Source: an uncultured Acidobacteriota bacterium (GTDB taxonomy: Bacteria; Acidobacteriota; Thermoanaerobaculia; Multivoradales; JAHEKO01). From it: a DNA stretch of 64,000 nt. Positions 55,985 to 64,000 of the stretch are shown one piece after another. Below the pieces are notes generated by a model, which saw only the letters and a program-made list of their open reading frames with translations, was not told where the DNA came from and did not search any database. The DNA lies in contig CAVQNG010000003.1 in NCBI GenBank assembly GCA_963713825.1, forward strand, positions 1,248,001 to 1,312,000. Reading direction: 5' to 3'. Positions within the stretch are counted from its first letter, which is position 1, and each line of letters begins with the position of its first letter. The position numbers were made by a program, and so were the translations under genes.

Positions 55985-57757
55985 CTATCGCCCCGCCAAT
56001 TCCGATAGTTCCAGTTGTAGCGATGCCGCCAGGCGACAGTCGGGATCTTCGCGGAGTCGTCTCTCCACCTCGCGGAGGGTGCTCTTCAACCTCGCCGGAT
56101 CGTCGTTGGCCGCCTGCAGCGTGGCTTCAGGATCCTCGGGATTCACGAAGTGGTATTCGAGCTCCTCGAGAAGTTGTCGGCGAGCAGGTCGGCGGGCGAG
56201 GTAGACCATTCCCAGGTCGTCCCAGTAGACGAGAGCGAAGCGGTCCGGTGTGAAGAGGATCGAGTTCGAGGTCAAACGAACGACCCTTGGCTCACCTCCG
56301 GCGACCATGGGTGGCTCGAGCACGGGCCTTCGTCGACGGTCGTAGCGCACCAGAGCACCGTCGATCTGGTATCGATCCAAGAGGGCATTCCAGGCCTGAC
56401 TGTTCTTGCGGGCTGTAGCCAGCTCTCGCAGGAAGTTGGGGTTCAGCTCGTTGCGGCCGTCGTTGAAAATCTGGCGAGGTGGGAAGAGACGCCACAGGAG
56501 ATAGCCGCCAAAGGCCACGTTGTTGTAGAGGTTCCCAAGCTCCGGAACCTGCTCTATGAAATCGACGGCCTTGTCCGGAAAGCGCCCAGGCTCCAGTCCT
56601 GAACCGAAGGTGTATCGGCCCTGCCGGGGCGCGAGAGGACCGCTGGTCGGTGGCCACAAGCACCAGGCGATACCCAGGAAGCAGGCGAGTACGGGCAGCA
56701 GTCTGGCTCTCGAGGAGCGTACGGGTGGCCTCCAGCCACAGGTGGCCAGCTCGGCCATGCACTCGGAGGCCAGGAAGAAGGCCCCGACAAAGAGTGGCGC
56801 TTGATGCCGCATCGAGGTGCTGGTCAAAGCCATGAGAGCCAGGGTGACCAGTCCTGTAGCCGGATCGAGCCGACGAGCGCAGCGGTACGTTTGCACGACC
56901 AGGAGTGCGAGTAGTGCCAGGCCGACGAAAAGAAACGGCTGAGGGGCTTTCCATACAGGCAGCCACTCGGGATTGACTCCCGGTACGCTCTCCAGGGCGC
57001 CGGAGATCTCTACGGGTACCGCGAAGAGCCTCCACCCGGAGGGGTTGAAGAGCATCACGAGCACAATGGCGAGGGGCAGACCGAGCACCCACTTCCAGGG
57101 CATGGGACTCGCCCCCCTGCGTGGCCCGCCCCAGCCGCCAGGTAGACGCGACCCCAGCAAGAACGCTCCACACAGAATCGGAGCCATCAGGGAGCCCGGG
57201 TGGGAGTTGGCCCAGAACAGGGTCAGGAGCAGCACCAGAGCGATCGGCCACCGCTGCCTGCCGCGCCGAAACTCGGAAAGCAGCGCCAGTAGCAGAGCGA
57301 GGGCCACGAGCGTCGGGAATTCGGGGCGTAGAAAAAAGCGCGGGCGCGCGCCGAGAATGGTGAGGAAGAGGACCATTCCGGTGCCGACAACAGGAGCACC
57401 GGCCCGCCTTGCCGAGAGCCACAGAATCAGAGCCAGGACCAGTGTCAGGCAGATTCGAATCACCCAAAGTCCCGTCAGCCCACCGACGCTCTCGATCGCC
57501 GCCAAGGCGACCTGGAACAGCCACTCATGGTCGACCCACGGGGCGCCGGCGGCGGTGAATCGAAAGGGATCGGGATCGGGAAGGGCGCGATTCTGGAGAA
57601 TCCAATGCCCGGCTGTCAGATGCCAGAAGACATCGTAGGCGCGAATCTTGAAGGCTGCCGCGATGGCGGAAAAGGCCAGAACCGCAGCGAGAATCACGCC
57701 CTTCCGGGCTTCGCTGCCTCTTGCCGTCGTAACTCCAGCCTCACCTTCCGGCATCAT
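55985..57757 (-). CDS. Polytopic membrane protein, putative GT-C-fold glycosyltransferase
   Basis: DVFWHLTAG, DPFRFT, WVDHEWLFQ, RPE, WANSH, FGGYL.W, FNDGR. Confidence 0.65.
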   Translation of the reverse strand: MMPEGEAGVTTARGSEARKGVILAAVLAFSAIAAAFKIRAYDVFWHLTAGHWILQNRALPDPDPFRFTAAGAPWVDHEWLFQVALAAIESVGGLTGLWVIRICLTLVLALILWLSARRAGAPVVGTGMVLFLTILGARPRFFLRPEFPTLVALALLLALLSEFRRGRQRWPIALVLLLTLFWANSHPGSLMAPILCGAFLLGSRLPGGWGGPRRGASPMPWKWVLGLPLAIVLVMLFNPSGWRLFAVPVEISGALESVPGVNPEWLPVWKAPQPFLFVGLALLALLVVQTYRCARRLDPATGLVTLALMALTSTSMRHQAPLFVGAFFLASECMAELATCGWRPPVRSSRARLLPVLACFLGIAWCLWPPTSGPLAPRQGRYTFGSGLEPGRFPDKAVDFIEQVPELGNLYNNVAFGGYLLWRLFPPRQIFNDGRNELNPNFLRELATARKNSQAWNALLDRYQIDGALVRYDRRRRPVLEPPMVAGGEPRVVRLTSNSILFTPDRFALVYWDDLGMVYLARRPARRQLLEELEYHFVNPEDPEATLQAANDDPARLKSTLREVERRLREDPDCRLAASLQLELSELAGR

Positions 57758-57787
57758 GCCTCGGATCTTTTCACAGTGCCTTGATGA

Positions 57788-58948
57788 TCACTGCTTCACT
57801 GCCTCATCGCTGCCCCTGTATTCGATCCGGTAGATCGCTCCGGCCCGATCGTCTGACACCAGAAGCGCACCCTCCGGTGTGACGTGCAAATCCACGGGTC
57901 GCCCCCAGGCGTCGTCGCCTTCCAGCCAACCTTCTGCGAAGACTTCGTACGAGGTCACCTCGTTGCCGTCGAGCCGAGCCAGGGTTATGCGATATCCAAT
58001 AGGAGTGCTGCGGTTCCAGGATCCGTGTTCGGCAATGAAGATCTGATGTCGATACTCGTCCGGAAAGGTCTCGCCGGTGTAGAAACGCATGCCGAGCGAG
58101 GCGACGTGGGGGCCGAGCTTGGCGGCGGGTGGTACGGTGTCGCCGCAGTCTCGTTTGTCGCCGAACTGCGGATCGGGAATGTCGCCACCATGGCAGTAGG
58201 GGAAGCCGAAATGGAGTCCCTGAGAGGGGGCTCGATTCAGCTCGTCGGGCGGCAGGTCATCGCCCAACATGTCGCGGCCGTTGTCGGTGAACCAGAGCTC
58301 GCCTGTCTCCGGATGCCAGTCGAAACCGACGGTATTGCGGACACCATGGGCGTAGATCTCATGGTTCTCGCCGTCGGCATCCAGGCGAGTGATGGAAGCG
58401 TAGATCGGCTCCTCTTTCTCACAGACATTGCACGGGGCACCCACCGGCACGTAGAGCTTGCCGTCCGGGCCGAATCGAATGAACTTCCAGCCGTGATGAG
58501 TGTCAGTCGGAAAATCGGCGCTCACGATGACGGGCTCCGGTGGATTCTCCAGCCGCTCGTCGATCTCGTCGAAACGCAGCACCCGATGAATCTCGGCCAC
58601 GTAGAGGGAGCCATTCCTCCAGGCAACACCGTTGGGTGCGTTCAGATCTGCAGCGATTTGGACGACCCGATCCGCAGAATGGTCGCCATCTTTGTCGATG
58701 ACGGCGTAGACGTTGCCCCCGCGGCGACTACCCACATACAGGATGCCCTTCGGGCTTTGTGTCATGGCACGAGCCCCGGGAACCTGATCGGTCAGTAGGG
58801 TGATCTCGAATCCCTCGGGTAGCTGGATTCGGTCGAGGTGGAGACCCTCCATCTTGCCAGCCGGTAGGCAAGAAGGAAGGGTGAGGAGGATGCCGAGGAC
58901 GAGAACGGTGGTGACGGCAAGCGCGGGTCCAATTCTGGTCGAGCTCAT
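57788..58948 (-). CDS. Glucose/sorbosone dehydrogenase (PQQ beta-propeller) family lipoprotein
   Basis: HHGWKFIRFGPDG, GAPCNVC, GVRNTVG, DNGRD, HGSWNR, GRPVD; lipobox LPSC. Confidence 0.9.
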   Translation of the reverse strand: MSSTRIGPALAVTTVLVLGILLTLPSCLPAGKMEGLHLDRIQLPEGFEITLLTDQVPGARAMTQSPKGILYVGSRRGGNVYAVIDKDGDHSADRVVQIAADLNAPNGVAWRNGSLYVAEIHRVLRFDEIDERLENPPEPVIVSADFPTDTHHGWKFIRFGPDGKLYVPVGAPCNVCEKEEPIYASITRLDADGENHEIYAHGVRNTVGFDWHPETGELWFTDNGRDMLGDDLPPDELNRAPSQGLHFGFPYCHGGDIPDPQFGDKRDCGDTVPPAAKLGPHVASLGMRFYTGETFPDEYRHQIFIAEHGSWNRSTPIGYRITLARLDGNEVTSYEVFAEGWLEGDDAWGRPVDLHVTPEGALLVSDDRAGAIYRIEYRGSDEAVKQ

Positions 58949-59104
58949 GACCTTCCGAACATAGCGCTCGGGAGTCGACACCGCAAGGTGCCAGGTACTT
59001 TATTGGCCGAGGAGGGTTGGCCGGACGCTCTCACGCCAGTCGAGCGGGGAATCCTGGCTGCAGGCATGGGACAATAGGCCGTCGCACCATCGAAGGAGGT
59101 TCGA

Positions 59105-59812
59105 ATGACCGATGACGTACAGCAATTCCTGGCCACTGTAGGCATCTTTTCGGATCTGGAGCCCGATGAGCTGGCTCTCATCGCCGAGCTGGCAGAGGAG
59201 GTCATCTGGAAAGCAGGGGACGAGGCCTATGCCGTGGGAGATGAAGGCAGTTCCATGATCGTCGTCCGAGAGGGCCTCATCGAGCTCTACGGCGTGGCGG
59301 GCGGAGTCGACAAGCATTTCATGACCGTGCGTCCTGGCAACGCCTTCGGCTTGCTGGCGCTGATCGACCCGGGGCACCGGCCCGCGACCGCTCGAGTCGT
59401 GGAGCAGACTACAGGCCTGCGATTCGAAGGCGCGAAGCTCGATGGTCTGGTCGAGGCGCATCCCGCCACGGGCATCAAGCTGTTCAGGGCGCTTCTGGGA
59501 GTGTTGGGTGAGAGAGTTCGGATGCTGTCGGATCAGTACCGTGACACCGTGGCCTGGAATCTCCAGGTGACCGGGCTCGCCAGCCTCAACCTCGAGCACC
59601 TCATGAGCGAGCAGGTCCAGGTGGTCGTCGAGACGCTGCGAGGACAGCCGGTGCAAGGGACCTTGGTGCGGTTCGAGCAGAGTGCCGCTGGCCACGAGAT
59701 CTATCTCGAAGACGAAGACAAGCAGATTCACCTGATTCCCTACCACGCGATCGTGAGAATCTCAGTCGAGCGCAACAGGGTAGCTGGGGCCGAGGATACC
59801 CCCAACCTCTAG
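59105..59812 (+). CDS. Cyclic-nucleotide-binding domain fused to a C-terminal Hfq/Sm-like domain
   Basis: IFSDL...GD...GDEG.SM..V.EG...FGLLAL...RPATA CNB core, long C-helix, then VQVVVETLRGQPVQGTLVRFE...LIPYHAI; AAGGAGG RBS. Confidence 0.8.
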   Translation: MTDDVQQFLATVGIFSDLEPDELALIAELAEEVIWKAGDEAYAVGDEGSSMIVVREGLIELYGVAGGVDKHFMTVRPGNAFGLLALIDPGHRPATARVVEQTTGLRFEGAKLDGLVEAHPATGIKLFRALLGVLGERVRMLSDQYRDTVAWNLQVTGLASLNLEHLMSEQVQVVVETLRGQPVQGTLVRFEQSAAGHEIYLEDEDKQIHLIPYHAIVRISVERNRVAGAEDTPNL

Positions 59813-59823
59813 GAGCCAAGACG

Positions 59824-60912
59824 ATGGCGGAAATAGACAAGCTGCTGAAGTTCGCTGTGATGAAGGGCGCCTCGGATCTCCATCTTGCTGCCAAGACCCG
59901 CCCCATGCTCCGCGTCGATGGTTCGATGGTTCCCGCCAAGGAGAGCGACACCGAGCCGCTTTCGGTCCAGGAGATGACGCAACTGGTCGGTGAGATCATG
60001 CCGCCCCGGGCCAAAGAGGAGCTGCAGCAGAACCTCGACACGGATTTCGCCTACGCCGTCGCCGGTCTGGGCCGCTTTCGAGTCAACGTGTTTCGGAACA
60101 ATCTCGGGATTGGGGCTGTCCTACGACATATCCCTGGGGAGATCCTGACCTTCGAAGACCTGAAGTTGCCAGCCACTCTCGAGCAGTTCTGCAGGCTCAA
60201 CAAAGGACTGGTGCTGGTGACGGGGCCGACAGGCAGTGGAAAATCGACCACGCAGGCCGCCATGATCGACTTCATCAATCGGACTCGTCGGGACCATGTC
60301 ATTACCGTCGAAGACCCCATCGAGTTCGTCCATCAGGACAAGCAGTGCCGGATCAGTCAGCGGGAGGTCAAAGAGCACGCGCAGAGCTTCAAACGCGCCC
60401 TGCGGGCGGCGTTACGTCAGGACCCCGACATCGTGCTGGTAGGGGAGATGCGGGATCTCGAAACCACAGAAACGGCCATCGAGACCGCGGAGACCGGCCA
60501 CCTGGTGTTCGGAACGTTGCACACCTCGACGGCAGCCAGCACGGTGGATCGGATCATCGATCAGTTTCCGCACGAACGGCAGGAGCAGATCCGGACCATG
60601 CTGGCCGCTTCGCTCAAAGGGGTTGTCTGCCAGACTCTCTGCAAGCGTAAGGAGGGCAGCGGCCGGATCGCGGCGCTCGAGATCATGGTGGTGACCCACG
60701 GCATCGCAGCCAACATCCGAGAGGGTCGGACTCACCAGATCGTCACCTCGATCCAGACGGGCAAGAGCCTGGGGATGCGCCTGCTGAACGATGACCTTCT
60801 GCGTCTCGTGAAGGACCACTCCGTCGATGCCGAGGAGGCCTACAGCAAGGCCATGGACAAGACGGATATGGCGAACAAGCTGCGAACAGCGGGCTTTAAC
60901 GTGGCCAGCTAG
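59824..60912 (+). CDS. pilT: Type IV pilus retraction ATPase
   Basis: ASDLHL, RFRVN, GPTGSGKSTT, EDPIE, ALRQDPD, GEMRD, TGHLVFGTLHT, AIRNLIRE-like IAANIRE. Confidence 0.95.
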   Translation: MAEIDKLLKFAVMKGASDLHLAAKTRPMLRVDGSMVPAKESDTEPLSVQEMTQLVGEIMPPRAKEELQQNLDTDFAYAVAGLGRFRVNVFRNNLGIGAVLRHIPGEILTFEDLKLPATLEQFCRLNKGLVLVTGPTGSGKSTTQAAMIDFINRTRRDHVITVEDPIEFVHQDKQCRISQREVKEHAQSFKRALRAALRQDPDIVLVGEMRDLETTETAIETAETGHLVFGTLHTSTAASTVDRIIDQFPHERQEQIRTMLAASLKGVVCQTLCKRKEGSGRIAALEIMVVTHGIAANIREGRTHQIVTSIQTGKSLGMRLLNDDLLRLVKDHSVDAEEAYSKAMDKTDMANKLRTAGFNVAS

Positions 60913-60949
60913 TTTCGAACTCGCCTAGAACACGACCACGGACGGTGCC

Positions 60950-61630
60950 TCATGGCACCACCAGCGACCAGGCGCTCAGATCACCCGACTCGAAACCATC
61001 GGTGAAGATCGCGGCCAACGTAGAGCAGTCGGAATCAGCATCGTCATAGGCTAGATCACCGTCGTTGTCGAGGCCGAGACCGTCCGGTGTCCAGTTCTCC
61101 GAGCCGTCTCCGTTGCAGGGGTCCAGGACGTTGACGTTAGTTCCACCGTAGTAGATCGGAACTGCGTCTTCCCCGAGGGGCGCGGGATCGTCGTTGTGGC
61201 AGCCGGCATCGGCGCAGAGGTGCCCGCTGTTGTCAGTGCCCACATTGGCGTTGGCGTGGTGCAACCTGAGTCCCGAGCCCCACCAGGAGTTGTCTGGCGT
61301 GCTGGGATCGGGGTCTACCCCATGGCAGCCCATGCAACTGACGCCCGCCAGTCCTGGTTCGCCACGGGATTCATTGAGTAGCGGATCGTCACCGTTGACG
61401 ATGTGGCAGGTGCCGCAGAGGTTGTTCATCATTTGTCTGCGATGCACATCGTGTTTGTCGTCGGGCCAGGTGTTGTTCGGCTTCGTCGAGGTGGAATCAC
61501 GGAAGCTCCCGTGGCAATCTGTGCAACCGGATGTCCAGCTGTTGTAGGCGCCGGCATCTTCAGGCGTTGCGAGCCACACCGAGGTTGCGAGAAATACAAG
61601 GCCGGACAGGACGAGGTTTCTACGTTGCAT
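60950..61630 (-). CDS. Secreted small multiheme cytochrome c (3 CxxCH + 1 Cx4CH) with FTDGFESG tail
   Basis: GGAGG RBS before ATG 61630, signal peptide, CTDCH, CGTCH, CMGCH, CADAGCH, DNDGD Ca-type motif, tail FTDGFESGDLSAWSLVVP. Confidence 0.8.
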   Translation of the reverse strand: MQRRNLVLSGLVFLATSVWLATPEDAGAYNSWTSGCTDCHGSFRDSTSTKPNNTWPDDKHDVHRRQMMNNLCGTCHIVNGDDPLLNESRGEPGLAGVSCMGCHGVDPDPSTPDNSWWGSGLRLHHANANVGTDNSGHLCADAGCHNDDPAPLGEDAVPIYYGGTNVNVLDPCNGDGSENWTPDGLGLDNDGDLAYDDADSDCSTLAAIFTDGFESGDLSAWSLVVP

Positions 61631-61937
61631 TCTTACCTCCAGTCGATCCATGGAACTCCGCCTGCCATGCGAGGCGGAGAATCCGCCCAGCGGTGGCCCT
61701 ATCCTTCGTAACCTTGTCGAGGCCCGGGGATTTGCTCCATTCCCAGGGTGCAAGCTTGATGCCACGCGTTGATGCCTGCGAAAACACGACCTTCTGTCTC
61801 GATTTGGAGTGAACCAGGGAATAATTCCCGGATTTGGGAAGCGCTTCGAGGCTCGCAGTGATCCGAATCGACTCTTGAAGCGTAGTGTCTGCTAAGGTGC
61901 CACGGCACCCGAATTCGCGACAGGAGAGAACATCATT

Positions 61938-63023
61938 ATGTTGAAATCGCTGGTGTTACTTGTGGCCTTCTCAGGCATATTCGCCTTCGCCTGCGCGACC
62001 CGGGCCGAGGACGGCGATTCCGGTTCGCACAAAAAGGCCACGTTCGCCGGGGGTTGCTTCTGGTGCATGGAGCCTCCCTTCGAGAACCTGGACGGGGTCT
62101 TCGAAGTCGTCTCCGGCTATTCTGGGGGGCCGGAAGAGAATCCGACCTACCAGGAGGTATCGGCCGGTGCCACGGGCCACAGGGAGGTCATCCAAGTGGT
62201 CTACGACCCCTCGAAAGTCAGCTATCAAGAGCTCTTGGAGGTCTTCTGGCGACAGATCGACCCGACGGACTCCGGAGGGCAGTTTGCGGATCGCGGGAAT
62301 CAGTACGAAACCGCGATCTACTACTACGATGAGGAGCAGCGGGCGCTGGCAGAGAAGTCCCGCGACGAGTTGGCGCAGTCCGGCCGATTCGACCGCCCCA
62401 TCGTGACCGAGATCCTGGCTGCCGGACCGTTCTATCCGGCCGAGGACTATCACCAGGACTACTACAAGAAGAACTCGACGCACTACAAGCGCTACCGCAA
62501 GGGCTCGGGGCGAGAGGGATATCTGGAAAAGACATGGGGAGGGGAGGACGTGAGCCGGCGCCAGAACGATTCCAGATGGGAGAGCTTCACCAAACCCTCA
62601 GAGGATCAGCTCGAAGCGACATTGACGCCGCTGCAATACAAGGTGACTCAGGAGGACGGTACTGAGCCCCCCTTCAGGAATGAGTACTGGGACAACAAGC
62701 GGCCGGGACTCTACGTCGATGTGGTGTCTGGCGAGCCTCTTTTCAGCTCCAAGGACAAGTACAAGTCCGGCACCGGCTGGCCCAGCTTCACCCGGCCTCT
62801 GGAGCCGGCCAACGTCGTCGAGGAGCAGGATCGGAGCTTGGGAATGGTGCGCACCGAGGTGCGAAGCAAGCATGGGGACTCTCACCTGGGCCATCTCTTT
62901 CCCGATGGTCCGCAGCCCACCGGACTGCGCTACTGTCTCAATTCGGCGTCCCTGAGGTTCGTGCCCGTGGAGGATCTCGAGAAGGAGGGGTATGGAGAGT
63001 ACCTGGAGCTCTTCGGAGAGTAG
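61938..63023 (+). CDS. msrAB: Bifunctional methionine sulfoxide reductase MsrA/MsrB, lipoprotein
   Basis: GCFWC and AEDYHQDY (MsrA); GWPSF, HLGHLF and RYCLNS (MsrB); lipobox AFAC. Confidence 0.95.
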   Translation: MLKSLVLLVAFSGIFAFACATRAEDGDSGSHKKATFAGGCFWCMEPPFENLDGVFEVVSGYSGGPEENPTYQEVSAGATGHREVIQVVYDPSKVSYQELLEVFWRQIDPTDSGGQFADRGNQYETAIYYYDEEQRALAEKSRDELAQSGRFDRPIVTEILAAGPFYPAEDYHQDYYKKNSTHYKRYRKGSGREGYLEKTWGGEDVSRRQNDSRWESFTKPSEDQLEATLTPLQYKVTQEDGTEPPFRNEYWDNKRPGLYVDVVSGEPLFSSKDKYKSGTGWPSFTRPLEPANVVEEQDRSLGMVRTEVRSKHGDSHLGHLFPDGPQPTGLRYCLNSASLRFVPVEDLEKEGYGEYLELFGE

Positions 63024-64000
63024 CGAGGATCACCCAACCGATCTGTTTCTCGCCTTGACGCCCGAGAGGGTCTTGGCAGCTGTGGAGACAGGCGGACTGC
63101 AGTGCAACAACCTCTGCTATCCGCTGAACTCCTTCGAAAACCGCGTCTACGAGGTGGAGCTCACTGACGGCAGTCGTGTCATTGCGAAGTTCTATCGGCC
63201 TGGCAGGTGGACTGAGCCGCAGATCTTGGAGGAGCATCTCTTCTTGCGGCAGCTGCACGAAGCGGACGTTCCGGTCTGCACGGTCCGTCCGTTTCCCGAC
63301 GACACCACCCTCAAACAGATCGACAATATCTATTACAGCCTGTCCGATCGTCGAGGCGGTCGCGCTCCCGACGAGCTCAACGCCTCCCTGGCCCAGCGGC
63401 TGGGAATGCTGGTTGGACGCCTACACAACGTAGCGGCGGCGGATCCCGACTCTGGCCGCCGTCCGATCGATGGCGAGTACTACATTCGCCGACCCCTGGC
63501 CTGGTTGAAGGAGCACAGCTCGATCCCGCAGGCATTGGAAGGTCGTTACTTTCGAGCCGCGGAAGGCATTGCCGATTTCGCTGATCGACTGCTGGCCGAT
63601 GTCGACACGCACCGCATCCATGGCGATCTCCACCTCGGCAATATTCTCTTGCGAGAGGACCGTTTCAACGTCCTGGACTTCGACGACATGGCACCTGGGC
63701 CAGCAGTGCAGGATCTCTGGCTCGCTTTACCCGGTCGCGATGAGGAGGCTCTGCGCCTGCGCGAAGGCTTCATCGCGGGCTACAAGCAGTTTCGCCTCTT
63801 CGATCGCTCGAGCTTGCGACTGATCGAAGTACTGCGGGGGCTCCGCCTGGTGCGCTATGCGGTTTGGTTGGCGCGCCGATGGCACGACCCGGCTTTCAAG
63901 AGCGGCTGGCCGCACTTCGGGACCGTCGAGTACTGGGACGGAGAGACCCGTGATCTCGAAGACCAACTGGAGGTCGTCATGAAGGAGAGCGACTCCAGGG
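62992..64000 (+). CDS. srkA: Stress-response Ser/Thr kinase SrkA/RdoA (YihE), 3' end off window
   Basis: Not in the ORF track. ATG 62992 after AAGGAGG; [38 protein letters not shown]...WP.F. Confidence 0.88.
   Translation, partial: MESTWSSSESSEDHPTDLFLALTPERVLAAVETGGLQCNNLCYPLNSFENRVYEVELTDGSRVIAKFYRPGRWTEPQILEEHLFLRQLHEADVPVCTVRPFPDDTTLKQIDNIYYSLSDRRGGRAPDELNASLAQRLGMLVGRLHNVAAADPDSGRRPIDGEYYIRRPLAWLKEHSSIPQALEGRYFRAAEGIADFADRLLADVDTHRIHGDLHLGNILLREDRFNVLDFDDMAPGPAVQDLWLALPGRDEEALRLREGFIAGYKQFRLFDRSSLRLIEVLRGLRLVRYAVWLARRWHDPAFKSGWPHFGTVEYWDGETRDLEDQLEVVMKESDSR

Noticed and set aside
61613-61630. Tat signal in the cytochrome (MQRRNL)
   Set aside because: Lacks the RRxFL consensus, and c-type cytochromes are normally Sec-exported; treated as a Sec n-region
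61903-61918. Sigma-54-like CGGCAC...TTCGC upstream of msrAB
   Set aside because: GG-to-GC spacing is 11 nt rather than the required 10
1-64000. rRNA, tRNA, tmRNA, CRISPR arrays, prophage or defence genes
   Set aside because: No cloverleaf/T-loop patterns, regularly spaced repeats, or phage/cas motifs recognised; intergenic gaps are mostly short. This was a visual scan only.

Overview
GC-rich, gene-dense bacterial chromosomal segment. It is probably from a diderm such as Thermoanaerobaculia/Acidobacteriota, inferred from paralogous VPS10 proteins and FxDGFE[ST]G tails and not verified. It holds about 46 CDS and I could not recognise any rRNA, tRNA or CRISPR array. Contents: GT-C-type membrane glycosyltransferases and alkaline-phosphatase-superfamily envelope enzymes, exported peptidases (M3, S10, S9), speA-speB plus a DHS-like gene, pirin, two VPS10/BNR proteins, a rhomboid, two outer-membrane barrels, a 7TM-PP2C sensor, one RAYT-like HUH transposase, pilT, msrAB and srkA. 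Three observations stand out. (1) An 890-aa tyrosine-phenol-lyase-like protein is built from two fused, reciprocally degenerate copies that together appear to form one composite active site; it sits in an operon with queD and a 2H phosphoesterase. (2) A cyclic-nucleotide-binding domain is fused to an Hfq/Sm-like domain directly upstream of pilT. (3) An 18-residue F[AT]DGFE[ST]GxxSxWSxxxP tag ends three unrelated secreted proteins, including a small tetraheme cytochrome c, and a variant lies at the mature N-terminus of a fourth. All assignments come from motif recognition by eye; no searches were run.
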